Assembly: GCF_001457615.1 (NCBI RefSeq)
Contig: NZ_LN831024.1
Coordinates: 270,001 to 302,000 of the forward strand
Direction of reading: 5' to 3'
DNA length: 32,000 nucleotides
Source: Pseudomonas aeruginosa
GTDB taxonomy: Bacteria > Pseudomonadota > Gammaproteobacteria > Pseudomonadales > Pseudomonadaceae
How positions within the stretch are numbered: position 1 is the stretch's first letter; every line of letters begins with the position of its first letter. A program made the position numbers and the translations under genes. This document shows positions 1 through 10,557 of this stretch, in pieces. Below the pieces are notes generated by a model, which was given only the letters and a program-made list of their open reading frames with translations, searched no databases and was not told the DNA's origin.

Positions 1-704
1 TCGGTTTCCAGCGGAAAGTAGATCACCTCGGCGACCCACAGGTCGGCGCGCAACAGTTCCGCCGGCACCGGCATGCCGGGTAGCTTGGCCATGCCCACCG
101 GGGTGGTGTTGACCAATCCCTGGGCGTCGCCCAGGGCGCCGGCCAGGTCGCTGCCGGCGAGCGCTCGTGGCGCGCCGAAGTGCTGGTTGAGGTTGTCCGC
201 GAGGGCCTGGGCCCGCGCCGGGTCGACGTCGAACAGGACCAGCCGCTCGACGCCCTCGGCGAGCAGCGCATGGGCCACTGCCGCGCCGGCGCCGCCCGCG
301 CCCATCTGCACCACGCGCTGGCGCGGCGCGCCGGCCAGGCCGCGCCGAAAGCCCTCGGCGAAGCCCAGGCAGTCGGTGTTGTGGCCGATGCGCCGGCCAT
401 CGCGCAGCACCACGGTGTTCACCGCGCCGATGCCGCGTGCCTCGGCGGAGAGGTCGTCGAGCAGGGGGATGATCGCCTGCTTGCAGGGGAAGGTGACGTT
501 CAGCCCGGTGAAGCCGAGGTCGCTGGCGGCGGCGAGCAGGAACTCCAGGTCGTCCGCCGACTTGCCCAGCGGGTCGAGATCGATCAGCCGGTACAGATAG
601 CGGATGCCCTGGGCGTCGCCCTCGCGCTCGTGCAGGGCAGGGGTCCGCGACGCCTGGATGCCGGCACCGATCAGGCCGGCGAGAACCGATCGCGGCGCGC
701 TCAT
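1..704 (-). CDS. Shikimate/quinate 5-dehydrogenase family protein (AroE/YdiB-like); its C-terminus lies beyond the window start
   Basis: Absent from the ORF track because the window edge truncates it. Hand translation of the minus strand from ATG 704 gives [44 protein letters not shown]...[33 protein letters not shown]...[19 protein letters not shown]. These are the substrate-site (S-x-T-P-x-x-H, NVT-x-P-x-K) and GAGGA Rossmann motifs of shikimate dehydrogenases. The start overlaps the aroQ stop as ATGA (701-704). Confidence 0.85.
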   Translation of the reverse strand, partial: MSAPRSVLAGLIGAGIQASRTPALHEREGDAQGIRYLYRLIDLDPLGKSADDLEFLLAAASDLGFTGLNVTFPCKQAIIPLLDDLSAEARGIGAVNTVVLRDGRRIGHNTDCLGFAEGFRRGLAGAPRQRVVQMGAGGAGAAVAHALLAEGVERLVLFDVDPARAQALADNLNQHFGAPRALAGSDLAGALGDAQGLVNTTPVGMAKLPGMPVPAELLRADLWVAEVIYFPLET

Positions 705-1147
705 GCGGCCGCCTCGAAACGCTCGGCGAAATGTTCCAGGGCCAGGCGGTAGCCGAGGCTGCCGAATCCGCAGATCACTCCCAGCGCCACCGGCGAGACG
801 TAGGAGTGGTGGCGGAACGCTTCGCGCTGGTGGACGTTGGACAGGTGCACTTCGACCACCGGCAGTTCCACCGCGGCCAGGGCGTCGCGCAGCGCCACCG
901 AGGTGTGGGTCCAGGCGGCGGGGTTGATGACGATGCCGGCGACCCGGCCGCGGGCCTGGTGGATCCAGTCGAGCAGTTGGCCTTCCTGGTTGGTCTGGCG
1001 GAAGTCCACGGCGAAGCCGCGCGTCTCGGCGAAGGCCGCGCATTCGTCGGCGATTTCGCCCAGGGTCCGCCGGCCGTAGGTCTGTGGCTCGCGGGTGCCG
1101 AGCAGATTCAGGTTGGGGCCGTTCAGGACCAGTACCGTGCGCGTCAT
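701..1147 (-). CDS. aroQ: Type II 3-dehydroquinate dehydratase
   Basis: 148-aa [28 protein letters not shown]...[16 protein letters not shown] is the hallmark type II dehydroquinase sequence. It is translationally coupled to the downstream shikimate dehydrogenase-like gene. Confidence 0.95.
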   Translation of the reverse strand: MTRTVLVLNGPNLNLLGTREPQTYGRRTLGEIADECAAFAETRGFAVDFRQTNQEGQLLDWIHQARGRVAGIVINPAAWTHTSVALRDALAAVELPVVEVHLSNVHQREAFRHHSYVSPVALGVICGFGSLGYRLALEHFAERFEAAA

Positions 1148-1263
1148 GGCGCAGCCTCCACAGCAATGATGTCATCGATGCCGGAAAAATGTACCGAACG
1201 GTTACTTTTGTAAACCGGACGCCGTCGCCGACGGGACGAAAGCGTTCGATTATCGGCGTCCGC

Positions 1264-2889
1264 TCACTCGCCTGCCGTCGGTTGCGTCGCGCCGCGGCCG
1301 CGCAGGGTCATGTCGGGCAGTGCCGAGGCCACCGCCAGGCCGAGCAGCGCCACCGCCGCGTTGACCAGGAAGAGCACCTTGAAGGCATCCGCGAGGACAT
1401 GCTGGAGGATCACCCGGGCCGGCCCGCTGGCGGCGTCCAGGCTGCTCAGCAGGGCGCTCTCGGAAAAGCCCTGGTCGAGCCCGCCGCCGATCCGCAGGTG
1501 CTTGAGCAGGGCCAGCAGGATCGCCGACATCAGCGCCACCCCGACCGCCCCGCCGAGGGAGCGGAACAACGTCGCGTTGCTGGTGGCGACGCCGATGTGG
1601 CGTTGCTCCACGGCGTTCTGCGCGGCCACCAGGCTGGTCGGGAACTGGGTACCGATGGCGATCCCGGTGAGCAGCATGCACAGCCCGGACAGCCAGTGGT
1701 CGCCGACCGGGACCAGGGCCAGGCCGGCGATGCCGCAGGGCAACAGGACGGCGCCGAGCAGGATCAGCGGCTTGTAGCGTCCCAGGCTGGCGGTCAGCCG
1801 CCCGCAGCAGTACGCGCCCAGCGGCAGGCCCATGACCAGCGGCAGCAGATGCAGCGCGGCGCTGTCGGCGCCGGCGCCGGTAACGCTCTGGTAGCGCAGC
1901 GGTACCAGCACGGTCAGCGAGATGGCCTGGAAGCTGGCGAAGAACGCAACCAGCCAACTGAGGGTGGCGGCGCGGACGGCGAACAGTTGCATCGGCACCA
2001 GCGGTTCGCGGAAGCGCCGCTCCTGGGCGACGAACAGCAGCAGGGCGAGCGCCGCCAGGGCGAACAGGCCGAGCAGCGCAGGGTCGCTCCAGGCTGCGCC
2101 CTGGCCGATCTGGGTGATGGCCAGGAGCAGCGCGGTGAGGCCCACCACCATCAGCACGATGCCCAGGTAGTCGATCATCGGTTGCCGGCGCGGCACCGGC
2201 AGGCCGACCAGGGTTCGCCGCGAGATGGCCAGCGCGAGAAGGCCGATCGGCAGGTTGATCCAGAATACCCAGCGCCACGACAGGTACTCGGTGAGCAGGC
2301 CCCCGAGCACCGGGCCGGCGACGCTGGCGATGGCGTACATGCTGCTGAAGTAACCCTGGTAGCGGCCGCGCTCGCGCGGCGGGACGATGTCGCCGATGAT
2401 CGCCTGGCTCACCGCCATCAGCCCGCCCGCGCCGATCCCCTGCAGCACTCGCGCCAGCACCAGTTGGCCCATGCTCTGCGCGAGCCCGCAAAGCAGCGAG
2501 GCGGCGGTGAACACGACGATGGCGAAGAGCATCAGACGGCGGCGGCCGTAGAGGTCGCCGAGCTTGCCGTAGATCGGCATCGATACGGTCATCGCCACCA
2601 TGTAGGCCGAGATCACCCAGGCCAGCAGGTCGAGGTCGGCGTAGTCGGCCGAGATCGCCGGCAGGGAGACGGCGACGATGGTCTGGTCGAGGGCGCTGAG
2701 GAAGATCGACAGCATCAGGCCGGCGAGGACGGTACGGACGGCGGGCGGGTTCTGGGCGAGATCGGACAAGACGGCACCTGGGGCGGACGGAACGCGAAGG
2801 CAGCGGGCATCATACTGCGCCTGGGGTAGGACAGGTGCCGGGGAGAATCGATCCGTGGGCCGTCTTTCGTCGATATCCGCCTGCGCCAA
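1264..2889 (-). CDS. MFS transporter, 14-TMS DHA2 (EmrB/QacA-like) type
   Basis: Long, uniformly hydrophobic ORF with LSALDQTIVAVSLPAI and GKLGDLYGRRRL (MFS motif A). The start is uncertain. ATG 2889 adds ~50 non-hydrophobic residues, and an in-frame TTG at 2769 preceded by AGGTG is an alternative. Confidence 0.85.
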   Translation of the reverse strand: MAQADIDERRPTDRFSPAPVLPQAQYDARCLRVPSAPGAVLSDLAQNPPAVRTVLAGLMLSIFLSALDQTIVAVSLPAISADYADLDLLAWVISAYMVAMTVSMPIYGKLGDLYGRRRLMLFAIVVFTAASLLCGLAQSMGQLVLARVLQGIGAGGLMAVSQAIIGDIVPPRERGRYQGYFSSMYAIASVAGPVLGGLLTEYLSWRWVFWINLPIGLLALAISRRTLVGLPVPRRQPMIDYLGIVLMVVGLTALLLAITQIGQGAAWSDPALLGLFALAALALLLFVAQERRFREPLVPMQLFAVRAATLSWLVAFFASFQAISLTVLVPLRYQSVTGAGADSAALHLLPLVMGLPLGAYCCGRLTASLGRYKPLILLGAVLLPCGIAGLALVPVGDHWLSGLCMLLTGIAIGTQFPTSLVAAQNAVEQRHIGVATSNATLFRSLGGAVGVALMSAILLALLKHLRIGGGLDQGFSESALLSSLDAASGPARVILQHVLADAFKVLFLVNAAVALLGLAVASALPDMTLRGRGATQPTAGE

Positions 2890-2943
2890 CGTTGCGTCCC
2901 GCCTTGGGAAAGGTGCCCCGGCGTTGCGCCGGGGTGGCGCGGC

Positions 2944-4280
<1,337 letters not shown>

Positions 4281-4305
4281 TCGGCCATTTCGCTCGGAGG
4301 GCTCG

Positions 4306-5172
4306 ATGACGGATTCCATCCGCGACGTCCCGGTGTTCAAGCTCTACGGCGCTCCCCTCGAATGGCCGACCCCGGACCTGCTGCACTGCGAGTCGATCCC
4401 CGCCCGCAGTCGTCTGCACGACTGGGAGATCAAGCCGCACCGGCACGCCGATCTCGCTCAGTTGCTCTACGTGCGCAAGGGCTGGGCGCAGCTCCAGGTC
4501 GAGGGCGAGCCGACTCGCGTCGAGCAGCCTTCCATCCAGTTCGTACCGCCGTTGTGCATCCATGGCTTCCAGTTCTCCGAGCGCATCGACGGCTACGTGC
4601 TGACGCTCGCCGCACCGTTGCTGGCGCGCTTGCAGGCGCACCTCGGCGCGCAGCGCCAGGCGCTGGAGGCGCCGGGGTTGTACCCGGTGGGCGCGGACCG
4701 GCGCTATATCGACACGCTGTTCGACGCCATAGACGGTGAGTATGCTGGCGCAGCGCCAGCGCGCGAGCTGTTGTTGCAGTCGCTGATCGGCGTGCTGGCG
4801 GTATGGCTGGGGCGGCAGGTGATGGTCCGGCGGGCGGAGGCACGGCCGGGTCGTGGTCAGGAATACCTATCGGCCTTTTCGCAACTGGTCGAGCGGCATT
4901 TCCGCGAGCACCTGGGAATCGACGAGTACGCGCGTCGCCTGGGCATCTCCCCGGCACACCTGAACAGCGTGGCGCGCCGCCTCAGCGGGCAGACCGCACT
5001 GGGCATCGTGCACCAGCGCCTGCTGCTGGAGGCCAAGCGCGACCTGGTCTACACGGCGATGACGGTGAACGAGATCGCCGACCGCCTCGGCTTCAGCGAG
5101 CCGGCCTACTTCACCCGTTTCTTCAAGCGCCTGAGCGGCGTCTCGCCGAGCGCTTTCCGCAAGGGCGACTAG
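4306..5172 (+). CDS. pobR: AraC-family transcriptional activator of pobA
   Basis: 288 aa. The N-terminal half is cupin-like and the C-terminus is an AraC double HTH (...EYARRLGISPAHLNSVARRLSGQTALGIVHQRLLLEAKRDLVYTAMTVNEIADRLGFSEPAYFTRFFKRLSGVSPSAFR). GGAGG lies 5 nt before the ATG. The gene is divergent from pobA. Confidence 0.9.
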   Translation: MTDSIRDVPVFKLYGAPLEWPTPDLLHCESIPARSRLHDWEIKPHRHADLAQLLYVRKGWAQLQVEGEPTRVEQPSIQFVPPLCIHGFQFSERIDGYVLTLAAPLLARLQAHLGAQRQALEAPGLYPVGADRRYIDTLFDAIDGEYAGAAPARELLLQSLIGVLAVWLGRQVMVRRAEARPGRGQEYLSAFSQLVERHFREHLGIDEYARRLGISPAHLNSVARRLSGQTALGIVHQRLLLEAKRDLVYTAMTVNEIADRLGFSEPAYFTRFFKRLSGVSPSAFRKGD

Positions 5173-5615
5173 TGTTCGCGGCGCAACTGGACGATCTCCA
5201 GCGCGCGTCCCTCGTCATCACGCGGGCGTCGGCCGCTCTCGACGAAGCCGCAGCGCGCGTAGAACCCCAGCGCCTCGCGGTTGGCGGCGTAGACCTCGAC
5301 TTCCAGCGCGCCCTTCAGGGTTGCCGCGTGCTCCACCAGTTGCCGGCCGATCCCGCGCCCGTGGGCCGTCGGGGCGACGAACAGGCCGCCGATGAAGGCA
5401 TCGAGCAGGCCGATGAAGCCCAGCGGCGTATCGCCGTCCAGCGCCAGCCAGGTTTCCGAGGCATCCAGATAATGATCGCGAACCAGTGCCTTCTGCTTCT
5501 GCAACTCGGCTTCGCCGAGGAAACCGTGGCCGACGCGCGAGGCCTCCAGCCAGATGGCCAGGGTGGCATCGCGGTCGGCGGGAATGTAGCGGCGGATTTT
5601 CAGCGGAGAGGACAT
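5169..5615 (-). CDS. GNAT-family N-acetyltransferase
   Basis: The acetyl-CoA-binding-type segment LFVAPTAHGRGIGRQLVEHA and the overall ~150-aa size fit a GNAT. I prefer ATG 5615 (MSSPLKIRRY...) to the track's TTG at 5630. The stop overlaps the pobR stop (CTAG, 5169-5172). Confidence 0.8.
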   Translation of the reverse strand: MSSPLKIRRYIPADRDATLAIWLEASRVGHGFLGEAELQKQKALVRDHYLDASETWLALDGDTPLGFIGLLDAFIGGLFVAPTAHGRGIGRQLVEHAATLKGALEVEVYAANREALGFYARCGFVESGRRPRDDEGRALEIVQLRREH

Positions 5616-5692
5616 GGCGGCGGCTCGCAACGGGAACAGCCGCGGATTATCGCGTGAGCCGGCGGGAAAAGGGTAGGTCCGGCATGTACGCT

Positions 5693-6127
5693 TCAGTCGC
5701 CGCGGATGTACTGTTCCAGTTGCTGGATCAGCTCGGCCTGCTCGGCGATCGCCGCCTTGACCAGGTCGCCGATGGACAGCAGGCCGAGCAACTGGCCGTC
5801 TTCCACGACCGGCAGGTGGCGCAGGTGGCGATCGGTCATCAGGTTCATGCAGGTGTCGACGCTCTGCTTCGAGTCCACGCTGACCACCGGCGCGCTCATG
5901 ATCGCGCTGATCGGCGTACCGATGGACGAACGGCCCTTGAGGACCATCTTGCGCGCATAGTCGCGCTCGCTGACCACCCCTACCACCTCGCCATGGTTCA
6001 CCACCAGCAGCGCGCCGATGTTCTTTTCCGCCATCAGGCGCAGGGCGTCGAGCACCATCTCGTCCGCTCCGATGGTGTACACCTGCTGGTTCTGCTTGGC
6101 GTTCAACAGTTGTGCCACGGTTTTCAT
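5693..6127 (-). CDS. CBS-domain pair protein
   Basis: MKTVAQLLNAKQNQQVYTIGADEMVLDALRLMAEKNIGALLVVNHGEVVGVVSERDYARK... followed by a second ...MTDRHLRHLPVVEDGQLLGLLSIGDLVKA repeat gives two CBS motifs. GGAGG lies 8 nt upstream of ATG 6127. The track start at 6190 is unsupported. Confidence 0.85.
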   Translation of the reverse strand: MKTVAQLLNAKQNQQVYTIGADEMVLDALRLMAEKNIGALLVVNHGEVVGVVSERDYARKMVLKGRSSIGTPISAIMSAPVVSVDSKQSVDTCMNLMTDRHLRHLPVVEDGQLLGLLSIGDLVKAAIAEQAELIQQLEQYIRGD

Positions 6128-6281
6128 ACGCGCCCCTCCGGAGCCGTTCTCACGTCCAGCAAGAATCGTAGACGGCGAGCGGATCGGCAAGCGGGGAAAA
6201 CGGCATCGAACCGATTGAAAAACGTCATCATCGCTTTCCCGACGAAGGTAGGGCCCGCGCTATTAGTCTTTCCCTGCGGGG

Positions 6282-6923
6282 CTAGTGCAGCACCCGTGCG
6301 AGCCCTTCCGGCGACTGGCCGGTGACGTAGCAATGGCGGTGCCGGTCGAGGCTGAGCGGGTGGCCGGCGTCGGTCAGCAGCCTGGCGATGCCCTCGAGGT
6401 GTTCCTTGACGTTCACCTGGTATTCCTGCTCGGTCAACGGCACGACCCACAGCAGGTCGACCGGATGCGCCGACAGGGCGAAGCCGTCGAACAGGGAGGC
6501 ATCCTCCTCCAGCGGCGCCGGGAGGAGAAGGAAGTGCCGCAGCAGGCTCTGCTCGTAGAGCGGGAAGCCGAACGCCACCGCATGTCCATGTCCCAGGGCG
6601 AGGCGCTCGTGGAATGGCAGGCCGGCGAGCCATTGCAGGTGGCGCAGGTCATCGCCGCCCAGTTCGTCGAGATAGCAGATCAGCTCGGCGGACCAGCGCG
6701 CCTTGCCCATGTAGGGCGCGAAATGCATCGGTGCCTGGCTCATCCCGGCGGTGATCACCACATGGTGCGGCCGCCGGGTGCTTTCCAGGCGATAAGCGAA
6801 GACCGCCATTTCCGGCGCCGCTACGCAGTGTCTCCAGAAGTCCCGGCAATCCAGGGTCATGGCGGGCGCACAACCGAAATGGGCGTCGTATTTCTCGCGC
6901 AGCCGGGCGATGTAGTCGTTCAT
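6282..6923 (-). CDS. Suppressor-of-fused (SUFU)-like domain protein, possibly immunity-type
   Basis: 213 aa from ATG 6923 (GAGGA 6 nt upstream): MNDYIARLREKYDAHFG...HHVVITAGMSQAPMH...AELICYLDE...LAGLPFHE. This pattern recalls bacterial SUFU-like proteins. The family call is from memory only. Confidence 0.5.
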   Translation of the reverse strand: MNDYIARLREKYDAHFGCAPAMTLDCRDFWRHCVAAPEMAVFAYRLESTRRPHHVVITAGMSQAPMHFAPYMGKARWSAELICYLDELGGDDLRHLQWLAGLPFHERLALGHGHAVAFGFPLYEQSLLRHFLLLPAPLEEDASLFDGFALSAHPVDLLWVVPLTEQEYQVNVKEHLEGIARLLTDAGHPLSLDRHRHCYVTGQSPEGLARVLH

Positions 6924-7152
6924 CTTCGGTCCTCTGGACTTAGCGGGTGGGGCCGGACATGGGGCGCCGGGGGCGCGGCCGTTTCCATGCGAGGGCAGAC
7001 CAGTGATGGCTGATCCTGGTTGCCGTTGGGTGACCAATGGAATGCGAACGGCGACTGCCGAGAAATCGGCTCGTTCCGAGAGAGGCGAGAGGCTTTCCTT
7101 CTTGGTGCGTAGGAAAGCGCTGAGGGCAGCTGAGGGTATCTGTCGGGAACGG

Positions 7153-7175
7153 AAAAAAGCCCGTCGGGAACGGGC
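7153..7175 (-). terminator. Rho-independent terminator downstream of the lipoprotein gene
   Basis: The minus strand reads GCCCGT-tcccg-ACGGGC followed by TTTTTT, 13 nt after the stop at 7188. Confidence 0.6.
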
Positions 7176-7187
7176 GAAGAGGGAAGC

Positions 7188-7442
7188 TTACCAGGGCAGC
7201 GGGAAGTGGCCTTCCGCGCGCAGGTAGTCAGGATCGGGGGTGAACGGGTCGATCTTCTGCCGCTCGCTGCAACCCTGGCGTTCGCAGTCCCGCAGGCGCT
7301 GCAACGGCGAGCGGTCGTCGCGCTGGATGCGGATGCCTGTGACAGGCGCGCCTTCGGAAAGGCTGTAGCTGCGGCCGCTCTCGCAACCGGGCAGGGTCAG
7401 GCAAAGGCAGAGGAGCAGGGTGGTGTGCGGGTGTCGTGGCAT
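7188..7442 (-). CDS. Small putative lipoprotein
   Basis: From ATG 7442: MPRHPHTTLLLCLCLTLPGCESG..., a signal peptide with an L-x-G-C lipobox. 84 aa. The longer track ORF (start 7544) has no support. Confidence 0.55.
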   Translation of the reverse strand: MPRHPHTTLLLCLCLTLPGCESGRSYSLSEGAPVTGIRIQRDDRSPLQRLRDCERQGCSERQKIDPFTPDPDYLRAEGHFPLPW

Positions 7443-7566
7443 TGCAGGTCGAATGGGCTTGCGAAGGCCGCCCATGCTATCAATCGGCCAGCAAATAGGG
7501 GGCCGGATGGACAGTCCATGACCGGGATGAGAGTTGCTTCGCAAACCCGGAGATGCCCTCGAAAGG

Positions 7567-8031
7567 CTATTGCCTCACGCGGGAAAGCCCGTCGAAGGCC
7601 CGCAGCAACTTGCCCAGGACGAGGGTCAGCGCCTCTTCTTCCGGGCCGGAGCCGAGACCCGCCAGCAGCCTTTCGTCGAGCCCTGCGACCTGTGCCAGGG
7701 CCTGCTCGAACACCGCCTGTGCCGCGGGGCTGCGGCGCACCAGCACGGCGCGACCGTCGTCCGGGTCCGGCAGGCGGCTGACCCAGCCGCGCCGCACCAG
7801 CCGTTCGATGGTCCGGCCCAGCGCGGTGCGGTCGGTCTGCGAGTGCTCGATGAGCACGCTCATCGGCACGTCACCGTCGAAGGCGTGGATGATCCGCAAC
7901 GCACGCCATTCATGCAGCCCCAGTTCGAGAGGGGCAAGCAGGGCGGTGAGTTGCCGTTCGCGCTGGCGGACGATCTCCGTCATCAGGTACAGCGGGCCTT
8001 GGGGCAGCCCCAGTGCGTTCGTCTCGGTCAT
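7567..8031 (-). CDS. hudR: MarR-family transcriptional regulator
   Basis: 154 aa from ATG 8031 with a winged-HTH region (...LHEWRALRIIHAFDGDVPMSVLIEHSQTDRTALGRTIERLVRRGWVSRLPDPDDGRAVLV...). It lies immediately downstream of the UbiD-family gene, as in the P. aeruginosa hudAR locus (PA0253/PA0254, from memory). Confidence 0.8.
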   Translation of the reverse strand: MTETNALGLPQGPLYLMTEIVRQRERQLTALLAPLELGLHEWRALRIIHAFDGDVPMSVLIEHSQTDRTALGRTIERLVRRGWVSRLPDPDDGRAVLVRRSPAAQAVFEQALAQVAGLDERLLAGLGSGPEEEALTLVLGKLLRAFDGLSRVRQ

Positions 8032-8083
8032 TGGCCCGGTCACCTTCCTCGATCCTCTTTCGCCAGGGCGGGGATTGTAGCGC

Positions 8084-9574
8084 TCAGGCGTCGGCGAATC
8101 CGTAGTCGCTCCAGCGTTCTTCGACTCGCCTGCGCAGCGCCGTCGGATAGGCGTGGCGGAACGACGCCGTAGCGGCACGCATTTGCCCGGCGAACTGTTC
8201 CGGGTACAGGCAGTTGATCACCAGCCGACCGCCGCTGCCTCGTGCCTTGTCCTCGGCATCGAGGTAGGGAACCATCGGGAAGTCACGGATCTGCGGGAAG
8301 GCGAAATGGTCGTGCAGCGGATGCGCGCGGGTCGCCAGCGCCCATACCACCTGGTCGATCTCGGTGACGTCGATGTCGTTGCCGACCAGGATCAGCTTCG
8401 GCACCAGGTGCCCGGCATGCGAGCCGAAGACGGTCTCGGCGACCCGTGCGGCGAAGGCCGCGGCGTCGGTGCCCAGGGCCGCCAGGCGCTGCACGTCGAT
8501 CGACAGCACGGCCCAGCAGGTCGCCGCCTCGTAGGAGCACCAGACCATGTCCACCGGCAGTCCGGCGTTCTGCGCCACGTCCAGCAGTTGCGCGGAAATC
8601 ATGGTGCCCCAGATGGTGTGGTTTTCCTCCGGTGGCGTGCCGGCGACGCAGATCGGCAGGATCGGCTGGTCGCGGAAGCTCAGCGCATGGACGTGGAACA
8701 GCGGCTGCGGCTTGCCGGTGGGGAAGGAATAGCCGTGGTATTCGCCCATCGGGCCTTCCAGCGCGGTTTCGTCGAGGCTGATCTCGCCCTCCAGGACGAT
8801 CTCGGCATTGGCCGGAACCCACAGGCCGTTGGTCTGCGTGCGCACCACCTCCACCGGCTCGCCGACCAGGGCGCCCACGTAGCCGGCTTCGCTGACCCCC
8901 TCCGGCAACGGCATGCCGGCCGCCGCGAGTGCCGCTGGCGGTGCGCCGAGGGCCATCGCCCAGGGCGTTGGCTTGCCCTGGCGGCGCCACTGCTCGCGGA
9001 TGATGCCGATGTGCTGAGTGGGAATGGTCGGACCCGCCAGGGTGTTGCGGTCCACCAGCATCAGCCGGCCCACCGACCAACTGTCCCAACTGCCGTCCGG
9101 CGTCTGTACCACGTGGAAACCGTAGGTGCCGAAATAGCGCCCGCCGTCCTGCTCATGGAGCAAGGGAACCGGGAAGCGGGTCAGGTCCACCTGCTCGCCG
9201 AGCCAGACGTTTTCCTGCACCGGCCCGCGCTCCAGCCGGCGCGGCGCGATCGGTTCCGCGCGCATCGCGGCGCGCAGCATGGCCACGATGTCCCGCGGCC
9301 CGCTGTGTTCCGGCAGGCCGAAATGCAGCGCCAGGCGCGAATGGGCGCGGGCCCTGTCGGCGCGCAGGCCGGCCGGCGCGCCCAGTACCCGCGCGCCGGG
9401 CAGGCTGTCGCGGATGTTGTGGAACAGCGGGGCGGGTGCGCGGCGTTCGTAGACCCGGCGGGTGATGGCGCCGATCTCCAGGTTGGCGTCGACCTCGGTG
9501 TGCACGTCCACCAGGTCACCCTGGCGACGCAGGTGGTCGACGAAGTGGCGGAAATCCAGGGCGCTGCGGTTCAT
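8084..9574 (-). CDS. hudA: UbiD-family (prFMN-dependent) decarboxylase
   Basis: 496 aa from ATG 9574. MNRSALDFRHFVDHLRRQGDLVDVHTEVDANLEIGAITRRVYE... is a typical UbiD-family N-terminus, and length and context match HudA/PA0254. The track start at 9610 adds 12 residues. Confidence 0.9.
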   Translation of the reverse strand: MNRSALDFRHFVDHLRRQGDLVDVHTEVDANLEIGAITRRVYERRAPAPLFHNIRDSLPGARVLGAPAGLRADRARAHSRLALHFGLPEHSGPRDIVAMLRAAMRAEPIAPRRLERGPVQENVWLGEQVDLTRFPVPLLHEQDGGRYFGTYGFHVVQTPDGSWDSWSVGRLMLVDRNTLAGPTIPTQHIGIIREQWRRQGKPTPWAMALGAPPAALAAAGMPLPEGVSEAGYVGALVGEPVEVVRTQTNGLWVPANAEIVLEGEISLDETALEGPMGEYHGYSFPTGKPQPLFHVHALSFRDQPILPICVAGTPPEENHTIWGTMISAQLLDVAQNAGLPVDMVWCSYEAATCWAVLSIDVQRLAALGTDAAAFAARVAETVFGSHAGHLVPKLILVGNDIDVTEIDQVVWALATRAHPLHDHFAFPQIRDFPMVPYLDAEDKARGSGGRLVINCLYPEQFAGQMRAATASFRHAYPTALRRRVEERWSDYGFADA

Positions 9575-9595
9575 CGGCTCGCCACTCCATATAAG

Positions 9596-9609
9596 TGCGT
9601 GTGCACGCA
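9596..9609. promoter_or_regulatory. Inverted repeat upstream of hudA (candidate MarR/HudR operator)
   Basis: TGCGTG-tg-CACGCA lies 22-35 nt upstream of the hudA start. MarR proteins bind short palindromes overlapping promoters. The assignment is inferred. Confidence 0.3.
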
Positions 9610-9707
9610 TCCTATTGAATGGTTCCAGGCGAGGTCAAGAAGTGCTGCGCTCCGTTCCGGGGATTCGTCGGGCCGTCGTGGCACGCGGCAAACCCCGCAG
9701 TGGCCGC

Positions 9708-10409
9708 TCAACGCACCATATAGTCCATCTGCCATGGCCGCGGAATCACCAGTGCCAGCAACGCGAGAAGAGCCGCCAGCGCTGCGCTCGCCGCCATCGC
9801 CGCGAGGCCCAGTTGCTGTTCCAGTAGGGCGCCGAGCACCGCGCCGACGCACATGCCGCTCCAGGGCACCAGTTGCACCCGCCAGCCGTTGCGCCGCTCG
9901 CCCAGCAGCCAGCGGCCGAGGCCGCGGCCGAAGCGGGAGAGGGCGCCGGTGACGTAGGTCAGGCCGATGGGCAGGCCGTTGACCTGCTCGACCACGGCGT
10001 TGAGCATGCCCATGGCGAGGATCGCGGCGACCAGCGCCGGCACGTTCCAGTCGAATGGCCAGACCGCCGACAACGCCAGCAGCATCGCGCAGCAGACCAG
10101 GATCGGCGCCGCCCGGCGCCCGCTGAAGCGCGCCAGTATCACTCCCAGCGCGTTGCCGACGACGAAACTGGCCAGGGCGACGCTCAGCCGCACCAGCCCG
10201 CCGAAGTCGCCCTCGCCCAGCGATACCGCCAGGCGCGTGGTGTTGCCGCTCATGAAGGAAACGAAGTCGCCGGTGGCAAGGAAACCGATGGCGTCGGTCA
10301 TGCCTGCCAGTACCGACAGCCCGGCCACCAGGCCGAGCCCGACACGCCCGCGCGTCCGCCGCAAACGAAGGCGCCGCGCGCTGCTACCCACCATGCTGTC
10401 TGGAAGCAT
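9708..10409 (-). CDS. DUF1275/YoaK-family inner-membrane protein
   Basis: Hydrophobic 233-aa ORF with GMTDAIGFLATGDFVSFMSGNTTRL, the family signature as I remember it. The start could be ATG 10409 or ATG 10394. Confidence 0.75.
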   Translation of the reverse strand: MLPDSMVGSSARRLRLRRTRGRVGLGLVAGLSVLAGMTDAIGFLATGDFVSFMSGNTTRLAVSLGEGDFGGLVRLSVALASFVVGNALGVILARFSGRRAAPILVCCAMLLALSAVWPFDWNVPALVAAILAMGMLNAVVEQVNGLPIGLTYVTGALSRFGRGLGRWLLGERRNGWRVQLVPWSGMCVGAVLGALLEQQLGLAAMAASAALAALLALLALVIPRPWQMDYMVR

Positions 10410-10557
10410 CCGGAGAAACCACCCGCAGGAAGAGAAGGTCCGCCCCAGTGCGGACTCCCGATCTTAAGGCTCTCCCCAGGGAAAAGGCCAGGGGCGAGGC
10501 GGAGCGTCTGGGGCCGAAGATCCTGGGCAATCGGCAATGACAGTGCGGGGCGGGGCC

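Noticed and set aside
1084-2829. 581-aa plus-strand ORF, and the 413-aa ORF at 1250-2491
   Set aside because: They are antisense or off-frame to the MFS transporter. Their Gln/Arg/Gly/Asp-rich sequences are not protein-like.
5169-5172. Convergent pobR and GNAT genes sharing the tetranucleotide CTAG as overlapping stop codons
   Set aside because: Real but trivial, with no functional implication that I can support.
8153-9952. 599-aa plus-strand ORF
   Set aside because: It is antisense to hudA and extends over the DUF1275 gene, with no motifs.
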